64,000 nucleotides of DNA, taken from Entomortierella parvispora E1425. Taxonomy: Eukaryota > Fungi > Mortierellomycota. The stretch spans positions 2,790,001 to 2,854,000 of the forward strand of contig BQFW01000004.1 in NCBI GenBank assembly GCA_020891255.1, written 5' to 3'. The position numbers and the translations under genes are program-made. How positions within the stretch are numbered: position 1 is the stretch's first letter; each line of letters starts with the position of its first letter. The notes under the pieces were generated by a model. It worked only from the letters and a program-made list of their open reading frames with translations, made no database searches and was not told the DNA's origin. Shown here one piece after another: positions 45,937-57,099 of the stretch.

Positions 45937-48135
45937 TCATGTCATAAAGTTTTTCGATCCGGGATAGACGGTTGCTGCTCGACGATATCGTCGTGGACCT
46001 TCATCCCGGGTTCTAAAGTCTTGTTCGTCCTTGTCATTATTTTCATCACTGTCGGATCCTGTCAGAGAGGTCAAAGTGCCATCTCTACACAGATCATAGT
46101 ATTCTCCTCCATTATCTCGTTCCTGCCGAGATGCTGGTGTCGATGCTGTCGAGCAGGGGCTCCATTCGTGGGCATCGTATTCAAAGACCTTTGTCCGCTT
46201 CAGGTCAAATCCAACGCAGCGACGACTTGTTTTTTCCGCAGATGCTGCATTGCCCCTTTTAGCGACTGGCGTTGATGGTGATCGTTTGAGATGGTGGTTC
46301 GTCCCTGCAGCTGCTGCAATTGGCTGGGGTTGGTTGTTGCTACTCCAGCTTGAGGACATCAACAAAGAGGTTGGTCTTCCCTTTGCGGAATTGCTGGTGC
46401 TGTTCTTGTTATTGTTGTCGTTGCTGGGAGGAATTCCAGCAGTAAAAGATGCTCCTCGTCGACGAATCCTCCTCCAACTTTCTCGTGCCTCCCGTTCCTC
46501 ACGGAGCTTGAGCTGTCTCAATTGCTCGGCTCTCTTGCGTTGACGAGCTTGTCGCTCCTGTAGAGTGGATGGTAATGGGTATGGCAAATCTGCTTCGCCG
46601 AGGAAATCTTGAGGGGAAGGTTCACCACTGCTGGCAGAGGTACCCTTAGAAGATATGGAGCAAAATCCAGTGATGACTGACGGTGGCGAGGGTGCACGGG
46701 TCCTGTTTTGCAAAGTCGTCCTGGGTCTGACTTGTTCGAATCCTCTCGAGTTTAGGCGTGGTTGTTGCTGTTGTGGTGGAGTAAGGGGGCAATCAGAGCA
46801 GCCCAGATCGCCATTGTGGTTGTTGTTGCTGCTGCTGCTGCAACAACTGCCCGCTATCTCGTCCTTGACCCTGTCACTGCCGAGGGCACTGTCCGTTTCG
46901 GAAGAACGATCTCTTGAAGTTTCACCCTCACTCTCGGAAAGATTCCCAAGAGTAGCTCCCTGGAGCAAAAGCGGATGTTTCTCCTCAGGAGAACCCAGTC
47001 TTCCAGACTCTGTTCCTTGTCTTGGCTCCACTAACGAGACTTTGCCCGATTTCATCTCCTCCTCCGCACAGAGCAAATCACTTGGGGTCGGCCTTTGCTG
47101 CCACCAACCATGTCGGTCCTCTGCCATTGGAAAGACACAGTGTGTTGGGGGTGAGGGAGAACATGAGAGCGAAGAGAGTGAAGAGCAGGACGAGGATGAA
47201 TAAGAAGAATAAGATGAGGCAGACGAGAGCGAAGGCACTGCTGACGGCGGAGAGAGGAGAGAATGCGAGAGCGAGAGCGAAAGTGAAGGGACTTGAGCCT
47301 TTGCAGGAGCATGGTATATGGAAGGTCGCTGTTGGGGTTCCTCGAGGCGCAAAGACCACACGGGCGAAGACGATGGCGGAGAAGGTGATAATGACGAGGT
47401 CGGTGACGATGTTGTGGTGGACGCACTGTCCTCCTGCAGAGAAGGCGAGTACGATCTAAAGCTATCGCTGTCGCTGGTGGATATGCTATTGTTGCGGCTG
47501 CCACTGGCTAGTAAGCTTGCAGAGGGACCCAGTTTGGGCGAACCAAAGGCGTTGAAGCGCGGCTTTGTGATTCTAGTGAAGGTCGCCTTGGATCTGGTCG
47601 TTGTCGGTTGCTGATCCTCGGAAGGCGACGGCGAAGGCTGAAGAATGCTGTTCTCCTGGAGGAAGGACAAGGCAGCCCTTTGCGCATCCGCACGGTCGAA
47701 ACGACGGACAGAGGTAAAGTGCTGGCCTGGATCGGTCGAGGGCTGGTTGTCGAGAAAGTCGTTGGAGGGTTCTGCAAGAAGTGCCGAAGCACGGAAGCGA
47801 TCGAGACCACTGCCGTTTGTGCTGGTTTCCTTGTCAATGTCGTTGTTGTTATCGCTGACGATGCTGTCGCCCCTGTTGTGGTTATTCCCGCTAGTGCATG
47901 TCCAGGGTGTGGTATCCTGCATGGAAGGCCTTTGTATTTGGGTCGGTGATAGCAGTGTGTTTGTCAGTAAAAACGAGGCCGGGGACTGAGCTGGAGGGGC
48001 TGTCCGAGTGAGGCGGGTGAAAGTCTTTGGCCTTGCAGGCTTGTCGAGTGGAGAGAGTGAAGGGCCGAGGGGGTCGAGATGCAGGTTCCCCAAGGCATCG
48101 AGGACGCTGTAGGACGCCATGGGCGAGGCGAGCAT
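45937..48135 (-). CDS. Ser/Pro-rich, largely disordered hypothetical protein (about 730 aa, intronless)
   Basis: Long uninterrupted ORF with a short charged helix (QERQARQRKRAEQLRQLKLREEREARE) and C-terminal RRCVGFDLKRTKVFEY. Confidence 0.7.
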   Translation of the reverse strand: MLASPMASYSVLDALGNLHLDPLGPSLSPLDKPARPKTFTRLTRTAPPAQSPASFLLTNTLLSPTQIQRPSMQDTTPWTCTSGNNHNRGDSIVSDNNNDIDKETSTNGSGLDRFRASALLAEPSNDFLDNQPSTDPGQHFTSVRRFDRADAQRAALSFLQENSILQPSPSPSEDQQPTTTRSKATFTRITKPRFNAFGSPKLGPSASLLASGSRNNSISTSDSDSFRSYSPSLQEDSASTTTSSPTSSLSPSPPSSSPVWSLRLEEPQQRPSIYHAPAKAQVPSLSLSLSHSLLSPPSAVPSLSSASSYSSYSSSSCSSLSSLSCSPSPPTHCVFPMAEDRHGWWQQRPTPSDLLCAEEEMKSGKVSLVEPRQGTESGRLGSPEEKHPLLLQGATLGNLSESEGETSRDRSSETDSALGSDRVKDEIAGSCCSSSSNNNHNGDLGCSDCPLTPPQQQQPRLNSRGFEQVRPRTTLQNRTRAPSPPSVITGFCSISSKGTSASSGEPSPQDFLGEADLPYPLPSTLQERQARQRKRAEQLRQLKLREEREARESWRRIRRRGASFTAGIPPSNDNNNKNSTSNSAKGRPTSLLMSSSWSSNNQPQPIAAAAGTNHHLKRSPSTPVAKRGNAASAEKTSRRCVGFDLKRTKVFEYDAHEWSPCSTASTPASRQERDNGGEYYDLCRDGTLTSLTGSDSDENNDKDEQDFRTRDEGPRRYRRAATVYPGSKNFMT

Positions 48136-49266
48136 CCAGTGAGCGTTGCAAGATTGTGAATGAGAAAGTAAGGCGTGTGAAAGAGTGAAAGAAAGGGAGA
48201 GGAATGAGGATGTGAAGAAAGAGGGAAAGAGGGAAAGAGGGAAAGAGAGAGAGAGTGGAGAGAGTGGAGAGAGAGAGAGAGAGGAGAAAGAGTGTTGTCC
48301 TACAGAGTGAATGAGTGAGTGAATGACTGAATGAGTGGAGAATGAGCAAAGGAATGGGATTGCGGAGAGAAGAGAGAAGGGTGTCTGTCATCTCCATCTT
48401 TTGATGTCTCTCATCCTTTTGGCGGGGGTGAGTGGGTGCAGCCAACCGACGGGGTTGTCTCGTTGTTTTCTTCCCCGGGTCTCTCCTTCCCTGGCTAGTG
48501 AATACATACTCCTTCCTAGTTCTCTGACAATTCTCCCCTATCTTCCATCGTTGCCGGGCAAGTGGGCATGGCATCACCACCTCATCCGTCGTTCTTGTAT
48601 CGCACCTTTGATCCTCTCTCAGTCAGTCGTCTTTCCCTTGCAAACAAGCACTTTGCGCTCTGCCCAAGCATGGTTTTTGATCTCCGATCTATCTCTGTCT
48701 CGTCTCTCCACCGTTCCCTTTCTGATCCTGTCTGTCGTGCAAATGCAATGATGCGGGAATTATTACGATTTTTTTTATTTTTGGGTTGTGCGGTTGGACA
48801 TTGAAAGGGCAGCTCTCTCTCTCTCTCCTTCGCCCTCCGTTTTGTTCATCACGCCCTCGGTGCAGGTTCATTCCGAATCCCAGCCCAGCAGTGCGTCTGC
48901 GTCCACGCCCATGCTCTGTCTGATCAGCGCCCTGTTGCTTTTGCAATCTTTCGTGTGCCATGACCGACGCCACACGGCCAGGAGGACGTTCCTTTTCGCT
49001 CTTCCCTTGCGCCCTGCCCAGTGATCCTGGCCATTCCGATTTGTTGCAATAGGATCAGCAGGAAAAGACACTTTCAGAGCAAACTCATCGATCGATGTTT
49101 GCTCGAACCAAAAACATGAGATAAAATGAAGCACAGGTCACGTGCAGTTCGCGTTTCTTTTGAAGGCTTGACCCAGAACGCGATTTTTTTTTTTTTTTCA
49201 TGGTGTGTTGTTTGCTTTCACTCTTCACCGCGGGAGGATGCAGCCAGGACAGGACAGGAAGGACCA

Positions 49267-51462
49267 ATGCCCGTCTACCCGCCGTCGCAGTCGCTCGTCC
49301 CCTTGCTTCTCACCCAGGCAACATCAAGACGCCGCCATCACAGACGTCATCATTACAGCCTGACCCTCGACGATCACCACTCGCATGTGCCGGAATCAGA
49401 GGCGCTCTCTCCTCACAGCCAGTCCGACAATGACAGCAAGGGTGCATCCGACAATGACAGCCAGGCATCCATGGAAGAAAGCAGCAGTGTCGATTCTGAA
49501 TCAGATGAATCCGAATCTGATTCTTCCATCCTTTCGCTCACGCACCTCTCAGATGGTGAAGCTGTAAACAGTGATGCACCTTCTGTAGACCCTGTCGACC
49601 CTTCTTTTCTGGACCCTGCCGACCCTGAAGCTGCAGCAACAAAAGAGAGCCTGGATGATCTTCGACAGGCTTCCAGTCAACGTTTGGCCCAGGCATGGAA
49701 GGATATTTTCGAGCGGTACGAGGGACGGGACGAAAACGAAGCGGACGATGAGATTGACCTGATGACGGGCGAGATTATCGTAGACCAAGGCTTCCTCCGA
49801 GATCAAGATAGAAAGCTCTTTGGGACCATGACGAGGCTTGGTCTAGCATTGAAAGGACCGCAGGAGGAAGAAAAGGAAAAGCTTCGGAGAGCGAGTCGAA
49901 TGGCACGCCGTCGTTCAAAGGACAGAGAGCACAGCCATTCTGGAGCTGGCGGATCTCATCAACATTCTCGGCATCATGGAGGTCACAACAACGGAATGTA
50001 TCGCAAGGACAGCGGAGAGTCAGGTCAGATGTACGGCGGCGACGACTTTGACAATCTTTTATTTGCACCGAAAGACTCAAAGAAGGCATCGCCACCTCCC
50101 GCTACTTCCAAGCTTTTCGACGCTGAGAGTCTGAAGATTTTTGAGGATCTTTCTAATGACGAAAGCAACCATCCTCAAAGCGACGAAAGCGACGATCCTC
50201 AAAGCGACGAAAGCGACCATCCTCAGAGCGACGAAAGCGACCATCCTCAGAGCGACGAAAGCGACCTCCCCCAAAGCGAAGAGAGTGATCTTCCCCAAAG
50301 CGAAGAGAGTGACCTTCCCCAAAGCGAAGAAAGCGACCTTCCCCAAAGCAGCGAGTGCGACTCAGAAGGCGAGGACGAGGTCAAAGACCAGTATGAGGAG
50401 AAAGATAAAGAGTTCTTACAAGTTTCTGGGCGACCAACGGCCTTCGATACTCTTCCTTTCCAAAGAAGCAACTGGCAGAATGAGGACGCCGAGGGCCAGA
50501 GCCAGGACCAGTATGGAGAAGAAGAGGCATTACAGGACTTTGGGCGGCCCACACTGTTTGATACTCTTCCCTTTCAGAGAGAGTCGTCGTTGTCGAGTGG
50601 CCATTCAGGACCATTGGAGGACAGGATGACCCTAATAAGCAGACGAAGATCAAAAATGATGCCTAGAACTGTCGCTTTGGCCGACTCACTGTTCTCCAAA
50701 AGTCCGTCCTCTTCGCTGGTCCGTTCATCGCCTCCTGTTCGTTCGTCGCCGCCTGTTCGTTCGTCGCTGTCAGTTCGTTCGTCGCTGCCAGTCCAAGTTT
50801 CTTCGCCTGGTCATTCTTCTTCTCCTGTCCGATCTTCTTTGCCTGTCCAATCTTCTTTGCCTGTCCATTCCTCTTTGCCAGCCCGATCTTCTTCGCCAGT
50901 CCGATCTTCTTCGCCAGTCCGATCTTGTTCGCCAGTCCGATCTCCTTCTCCTGCCCGATCTCCTTCTTCCGTCCAATCTTTCTTACCGTCCCCTCTGTTA
51001 CCATCGGGCTCAACCTCTCCCCCACCGGAATGGTTTTCACCTTCCAGATACATACCTGCAGCAACTGTATCAATCCGTCCATCAACAGCCACTGCAACCA
51101 CAGTCTTGTCCAGCCAATTATTGACCAAGAGCGTCAAGCGGAAGCATCATGATATTGAGGAGGATACTGATATCTTGTTGACACCAAGAACCGCGCTGGC
51201 AAGGACGATCGATCTCTTGAGTCTGGAGTCACCTGGACCTTATTCGAGTCGCGCCGCATTGCCTCCATTACCTTCGTTCTCTTCTTCTTCGCCACTTCCA
51301 GCTGCTTCATCTGCATCAGCCATACCACAAGAGGCGATGATGGAGAGCCAAAAAGTTTTTTCTACAACGCCGGCAGTACCTCTACCACCTCCAACACCGC
51401 CGCCACCAAGTTGCGGTGGACCGGGCTTTTGCACCAAAGACTTTTGCTTCAGATGCATGTGA
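49267..51462 (+). CDS. SCM3: Scm3/HJURP-domain CENP-A chaperone
   Basis: LDDLRQASSQRLAQAWKDIFERYEG..ADDEIDLMTGEIIVDQGFLR is the Scm3 domain pattern. C-terminal CGGPGFCTKDFCFRC. Likely ATG at 49267. Confidence 0.85.
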   Translation: MPVYPPSQSLVPLLLTQATSRRRHHRRHHYSLTLDDHHSHVPESEALSPHSQSDNDSKGASDNDSQASMEESSSVDSESDESESDSSILSLTHLSDGEAVNSDAPSVDPVDPSFLDPADPEAAATKESLDDLRQASSQRLAQAWKDIFERYEGRDENEADDEIDLMTGEIIVDQGFLRDQDRKLFGTMTRLGLALKGPQEEEKEKLRRASRMARRRSKDREHSHSGAGGSHQHSRHHGGHNNGMYRKDSGESGQMYGGDDFDNLLFAPKDSKKASPPPATSKLFDAESLKIFEDLSNDESNHPQSDESDDPQSDESDHPQSDESDHPQSDESDLPQSEESDLPQSEESDLPQSEESDLPQSSECDSEGEDEVKDQYEEKDKEFLQVSGRPTAFDTLPFQRSNWQNEDAEGQSQDQYGEEEALQDFGRPTLFDTLPFQRESSLSSGHSGPLEDRMTLISRRRSKMMPRTVALADSLFSKSPSSSLVRSSPPVRSSPPVRSSLSVRSSLPVQVSSPGHSSSPVRSSLPVQSSLPVHSSLPARSSSPVRSSSPVRSCSPVRSPSPARSPSSVQSFLPSPLLPSGSTSPPPEWFSPSRYIPAATVSIRPSTATATTVLSSQLLTKSVKRKHHDIEEDTDILLTPRTALARTIDLLSLESPGPYSSRAALPPLPSFSSSSPLPAASSASAIPQEAMMESQKVFSTTPAVPLPPPTPPPPSCGGPGFCTKDFCFRCM
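50161..50352 (+). repeat. Coding 24-bp tandem repeat (PQS[D/E]ESD[D/H/L]) in Scm3
   Basis: About 8 copies of a CCTCAAAGCGACGAAAGCGACCAT-like unit. Confidence 0.85.
50710..50965 (+). repeat. Coding 18-bp degenerate repeat (SSPVRS) in Scm3
   Basis: The protein reads VRSSPPVRSSPPVRSSLSVRSSLPV..SSPVRSSSPVRSCSPVRSPSPARS. Confidence 0.8.
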
Positions 51463-51625
51463 ATATTTAATAAAACTTCGAGATTTTACAAAAAAAAAAG
51501 GACATGGTGGTTTGAGAAGAACAACAAAAAAAACATTATTTATTTGATAATTTACAGTGCATTGCGGGAAAGAAAGAGTGGTGAGTTTTGATGATGGGTG
51601 CTGTGCAGCGTTGTGGAATGGGCAT

Positions 51626-54600
51626 TTAAGCGCGGGCCTGAGCCTTGGCAGCCATCTGGTTCAAGGCGGAACCGAACTTGAACCACTTGATCTGGTCCTC
51701 GTTGAAGGTGTGGTTGAGCTTGATGTCAATGGAAGAGCCATCCTCCTTCTTGACGTGGAGGTTCAGGGGGACACCCTCCTTGAAGGAGGTCAAACCCTGG
51801 ATGGAGACCTTGTCGAAGGGAGCAATCTTGTCGTAATCGGCAGGGTTGGCGAAGGTCAAGGGCAAAAGACCCTGCTTCTTGCAGTTGGTCTCGTGGATAC
51901 GGGCAAAGGACTTGGTGATGACAGCGGCACCTCCGAGGTGACGAACCTCCAAGGCAGCGTGCTCACGGGAAGATCCCTCACCGTAGTTCTCGTCACCGAT
52001 AACGATCCAAGGAACGTTCTTGGCCTTGTAGTCACGGGCAACACCGGGAACGGTGTCGTACTGACCGGTCAACTGGTTCTTGACAGAGTTGACAGCGAGG
52101 TTCTCAGAGTTGAGGGCACCGATCAACATGTTGTTGGAGATGTTGTCCAAGTGACCACGGAACTTGAGCCAGGGACCAGCCATGGAGATGTGATCAGTTG
52201 TGCACTTGCCCTTGACCTTGATCAAGATGGGCATGTCGTTCATGTCCTTGCCATCCCACTTCTTGAAGGGCTCCAAAAGCTGAAGACGGTTGGAGGTAGG
52301 GGAAACCTTGACGGAGACATTGCCCTTCTCGGCGGGGGGAGCCTGGTAGGTCTCCTCACCGGGGTCGTAACCGCGGGGAGGGAGCTCGTTACCGTTGGGG
52401 TCAGAGAACTTGAAGGGCTTGCCATCGGCACCGATGAGGGTGTCCTTGGTGGGGTCGAAGGTCAAGTCACCAGCGAAGGTCATGGCAGTGACAATCTCGG
52501 GAGAGGCGACGAAGGCGTGGGTCTGGGGGTTGGCATCGTTACGTCCAGTGAAGTTACGGTTGTAGGAGGTAATGATGGAGTTCTTGGTGCCCTTGGGGAC
52601 ATCCTGACGATCCCACTGACCAATGCAGGGACCGCAAGCGTTGGCAAGAACGACACCACCGGCGGCGTTGAGGACCTCCATCTGACCGTCACGCTCAATG
52701 GTGGCGCGAATCTGCTCAGAGCCGGGGGTGATGGTGAAGATGGACTTGGTCTTCAAACCGTGGTCCAAAGCCTCCTTGGCAATGGAAGCAGAGCGGGACA
52801 TATCCTCGTAGGAGGAGTTGGTGCAGGAACCGATCAAACCGACCTCGAGCTTGGCGGGCCAGTCGTTGGCAATGACGGCCTCCTTGAACTTGCTCAGGGG
52901 AGTGGCAAGATCGGGGGTGAAGGGACCGTTGATGTGGGGCTCCAAGGTGTTGAGGTCAATCTCGATGACCTGATCGTAGTGGGCACCGGCATCGGCCTTC
53001 AAGTTGTGCTGGAAGGAATCAGCCCACTCGGCAATGTAGGGACGGGTGGTGGCCTTGAGGTAGTCCGACATGCGCGAGTTGTAGGGGAAGACAGAGGTGG
53101 TGGCACCAATCTCAGCACCCATGTTACAGATGGTGGCCATACCAGTGCAGGACAAGGTGTCAACACCGGGTCCGAAGTACTCGACAATGGCACCGGTACC
53201 ACCCTTAACGGTGAGGATACCAGCAACCTTCAAGATGACATCCTTGGCAGAGGTCCAGCCGGACATCTTTCCGGTCAACTTGACACCGATGACCTTGGGG
53301 CACTTAAGCTCCCAGGGGATATCGGCCATGACATCGACGGCATCAGCTCCACCGACACCGATGGCAACCATACCGAGACCACCGGCGTTGGGGGTGTGAG
53401 AGTCAGTTCCGATCATCAAACCTCCGGGGAAGGCGTAGTTCTCGAGAATGATCTGGTGAATAATACCGGAACCGGGTCTCCAGAAACCAAGACCGTACTT
53501 GGCGCAGGAGGAGGACAAGAAGTCGTAGACCTCCTTGTTGATGTCCTTGGCGCGGGACAAATCCTTAGCACCTCCGACCTGGGCCTCGATCAAATGGTCG
53601 CAGTGGACGGTGGAGGGAACAGCGACGTTGGGAAGACCAGCGGACATGAACTGGAGCAAAGCCATCTGTAAACACGCGTCATCACCATGGTCAACAAGGG
53701 AGCGAGAGAAAGACACAAGAAAAGAGGGGAGTAAGGTCAGCAATTGGACAGCAAATAGTCGTGTATCTGATCGGCCCTTTCCGCCCAGTCGTTCCAAAGA
53801 GTAAACAAACGGCGGCTTATTGTTGCGCCAGCAATCCCGACCGGTAGCAATCCAAACTCAGCCAGCCAGAAATACAAGAGAGCCCTTTCACGTTGATTTG
53901 CACGATTAGATAGTTTCTCGCGCCGCTGCCAGGCAGTCCTTGTCATTGTCTGGACTGATCCAGGCTGGATGCTGTTGGCGTTGATTGTCGTTTGTATCCT
54001 TCCGTTTGTTTTCCAGTCGATCAGCCATGATTTGAAAGGAAGAAAAGGGAAAAAAAAATCTTACCTGGGCAGTGGCATCCTGGCAAGCAACACGATCAGG
54101 GCGGAGCTTGAGGTAGGACTTTCCACGCTCAATGTCCTGGTTGTGGGCATCATCCAAATGACCGTAGACGATCTTCTCGGCAAGGGTCATGGGCTGGTTG
54201 AGTCTGTTGGCCACAAAGATAAAAATGATATCAAGGTCATCATCACCAGGTCAGACCGACAACGGAAGAATCAGAGGCGTTGGTGGTTTGAGAATCAGTT
54301 TCGGGAAAAGTTTTTGTTTTGTTTATCGGAGGTGGGGTGAAGGGGGGAGGAAAAATTCGAGGGGTGAAGAGGGAGAGAGAATGGTTAGATGGGAACAGGA
54401 GACTGCCAGGCTTGCAAGTGCAGTCGAGCAGGGAAGGTGGGGGGGGGGGAGGAGTGGTTGATCCTCACCCACCCTCCTTCTTCTTTGCAGGCTATTGGAA
54501 TGCATTCAGAACACGAAGTACTTGCCTCTTGCGGACGATGGCAAGGTTATCCTCGATGCGCTGGTAGTTGATGTGCTGGTCCTTCTCAAAGTTGGACATC

Positions 54601-54831
54601 TGGACCTTGCGGGCAGCGCCAGAGCCAGTAGCCTGGGCAAAGGTGCGGATGGGAGCCTTGACGGCAGCAGCCTATTTTTCATGATGGGGAAGACGACTGT
54701 CAGAACAAGGAAGAACGGAGAGGATGCAAGGTTCACGCGAGAGGGCGTCCGGGACCTTGCTTTGTCAGATCCACCATGAAGAGGAAGTTTCTTACCTTCC
54801 AGGTGCGTGAGATAGCTCCGGAAGCGAACAT
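51626..54831 (-). CDS. ACO1: Mitochondrial aconitate hydratase, 4 exons
   Basis: [12 protein letters not shown]|..IVRK|[24 protein letters not shown]|[54 protein letters not shown]. Confidence 0.98.
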
Positions 54832-57099
54832 TACGTGAATATGAGAGGAGGAAGTGAAGAAGAAGAGTGGGTTGTTCTGATCTGGAGAGGGAGGCGATTG
54901 AGCAGGGACGAGATCAAGAAGAGTGAATCAGGCCACTGAAGAGGGGGGAGATGGAGGGAGGGATGGAGGGGAGAGTGGGGAGAGGTGAAGAAAGAGTGAA
55001 GAGAAGAGAAGAAGAGAGGAAGAAGAAGAAGAGGGCGGTTCGGAGCGAGCGACCTTTATAGAGTCCGAGACGGCGACGGGAGGATGACATCGATCCATGC
55101 AAGAAGGAGTGTCGTGTGTTTGTGTGTATGTCTGTATGGTCGCGGGAAGGAGAGGGCGACACTCAGACACACACAGTGGAGCACGGCCATTCAATCGCCG
55201 TAAACAAACAGTGACATATGAAATATGTACGGCAGTATCATTCAGAGCATACCCCACTTCGGGCGTTCCTTTTCCGGACAGGCTGCCTCTGGAGGCGAGG
55301 CGAGGCGAGAGCTGCTGCTGCTGCAGCACGATTAAGAGTAGCAGCGCTCTGATTGACCGATGCAATCGTCGCTCTCCCCCTCGACGATCAACACAAAGAG
55401 AACATCTCCGAGCGACAAACCTCAGACAGAACCGAACGACGGAGTTTCGTATGAAGCAAACTCAAACTCAAGATTTTTGCATGGCCCGTCAACATTTTTT
55501 CATGGCCCGTCACGTGATGCATTCTCGGCGCTCTCGCTCCTTTTGCAAACTGGCGCTTGCGTGCGTATGTGTGTTTGTGTTTGGTTTTGTGTTTGTTGGG
55601 AACGATAACCGCAATGTAGAAGGATCAACCACTCTGCACTGTCCAAGAGGGGAAACAGCCCGAATGCGGGGAAGCGATACGCTCAAGGGTAATCCCCATC
55701 AGGAAACATTGCGTGTTCATCTGGTCTCGAAAGGGGCCGCGCGATGAATGCACAAAGGAATCTGTCCCTGATCAGACTTGGTCTGCGGGGGTTGTATTCA
55801 CTCTGGAATTGAAACCCGCTCCACACCGCCTGTCCACTTTATCCAGGCCCTCTTCAGTCCTCTCCACTTGATCTTCCAGGCTGCGCTGCGGCATGTCCTT
55901 CCTACCCAAATCGCTTCTGGCGTGGTGTTCCTCCTTGGTAGGAGCAAAGAGTGCATTCATTGCACAAAACCCTGTCAATTGGATCTTGGAAACTCGCGCT
56001 GCAGATAGCACTGCAATCGCTTACAATCTTCATGTCTCTGTCCTGTCCCCCCTAGGATAGAGTTTTCCGAATCTCCGAAACTTTGCCCTGGCTTGCAAAC
56101 TTCCGCCCCTGGATCAGCACGTTTTTTTTCCATTGATGTTTTTGTTACTTCATTTCGCACCTGTACACCTGTTGCTGTATAAATACGACGTTTTCGGGGC
56201 TCTCCAAGCCATTCCGCGCACGGCTGTCGTCCAAAGCTGCCTGAGATTGAACAGGTTGAGGCTTGTAGCTCTTTGAAGTCTGTGAATCTCTGTGAGGTCC
56301 ATTCTTCAGTGTTGCACAGCACTTACCAGCCTCCGGCTACGGAGCATCCACGTAGAATTCCCTCAATCCTCATCCCGCACTAGGAGCAAAAACAATGCAT
56401 CACATGTCCGAAGGGCTTGGCTGAGCCCCTCCAACACAGTCGTAACAGAGGACATCAAGGCGCCACCCCTTGCAACATAAAGTAGAGTGTCCTCTGACCT
56501 GGGCATTCCAAAGGAACAATCACCTCCAAAGCACCCGGTCTCCCTCTGGATGAAAGTCAAGTGAAAAGAGGAGGAGGAATTCGTGAAGTGGTCCTCAGGT
56601 AACACACTGCTGGCTCGAGGCTGTTGCCGTGGAAAAAAGACCATCTTTTTTGGAACATTCACTAGGAAACGCAACAAAAAAAGTTGGAGCCTCTCTACTT
56701 TAGTCCTGACCCCATGGCTTCTTTGCAACGCAGAGGTGAACGACTCGATGTGTATCCATATAGAGGTTACGGGGTTCTATTGAGATAAAGATGAAATGAA
56801 AAATGATGTTGAAGTGGTCAATCGCATTGTTCTTTCTTCTCCATGGGTGAGCGGGGACCATCAGCTGCCCGTACCTGGCAATGGTCACTGTCCAACACGG
56901 GGCAGTAGCCTTTTTTTTTTGCCCATGGTAGATCATGTGACCGTTTGTGGAGATGGAGTTTGAGCAGCAAAGGGACCTTAACGCTCTTTACCTCTTTCTC
57001 TCCGACTTTCTCTTCTTTCTTTCAACAATCGTTCCTCCCCTTGTTCCTGTAACCGTTTCTCACTCCTTGTCTGTGCAACCACAAACAGAAAGAAAAATA

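Noticed and set aside
2806-51462. Physical cluster of genome-maintenance genes (RING, CHFR, Rap1, ligase, Scm3)
   Set aside because: They are interspersed with unrelated housekeeping genes over about 50 kb. Without a synteny or enrichment test, this is compatible with chance.
51557-53671. 704-aa plus-strand ORF
   Set aside because: It is the exact antisense shadow of the large aconitase exon. Strong C-ending codon bias suppresses antisense stops, and it has no recognisable domain.
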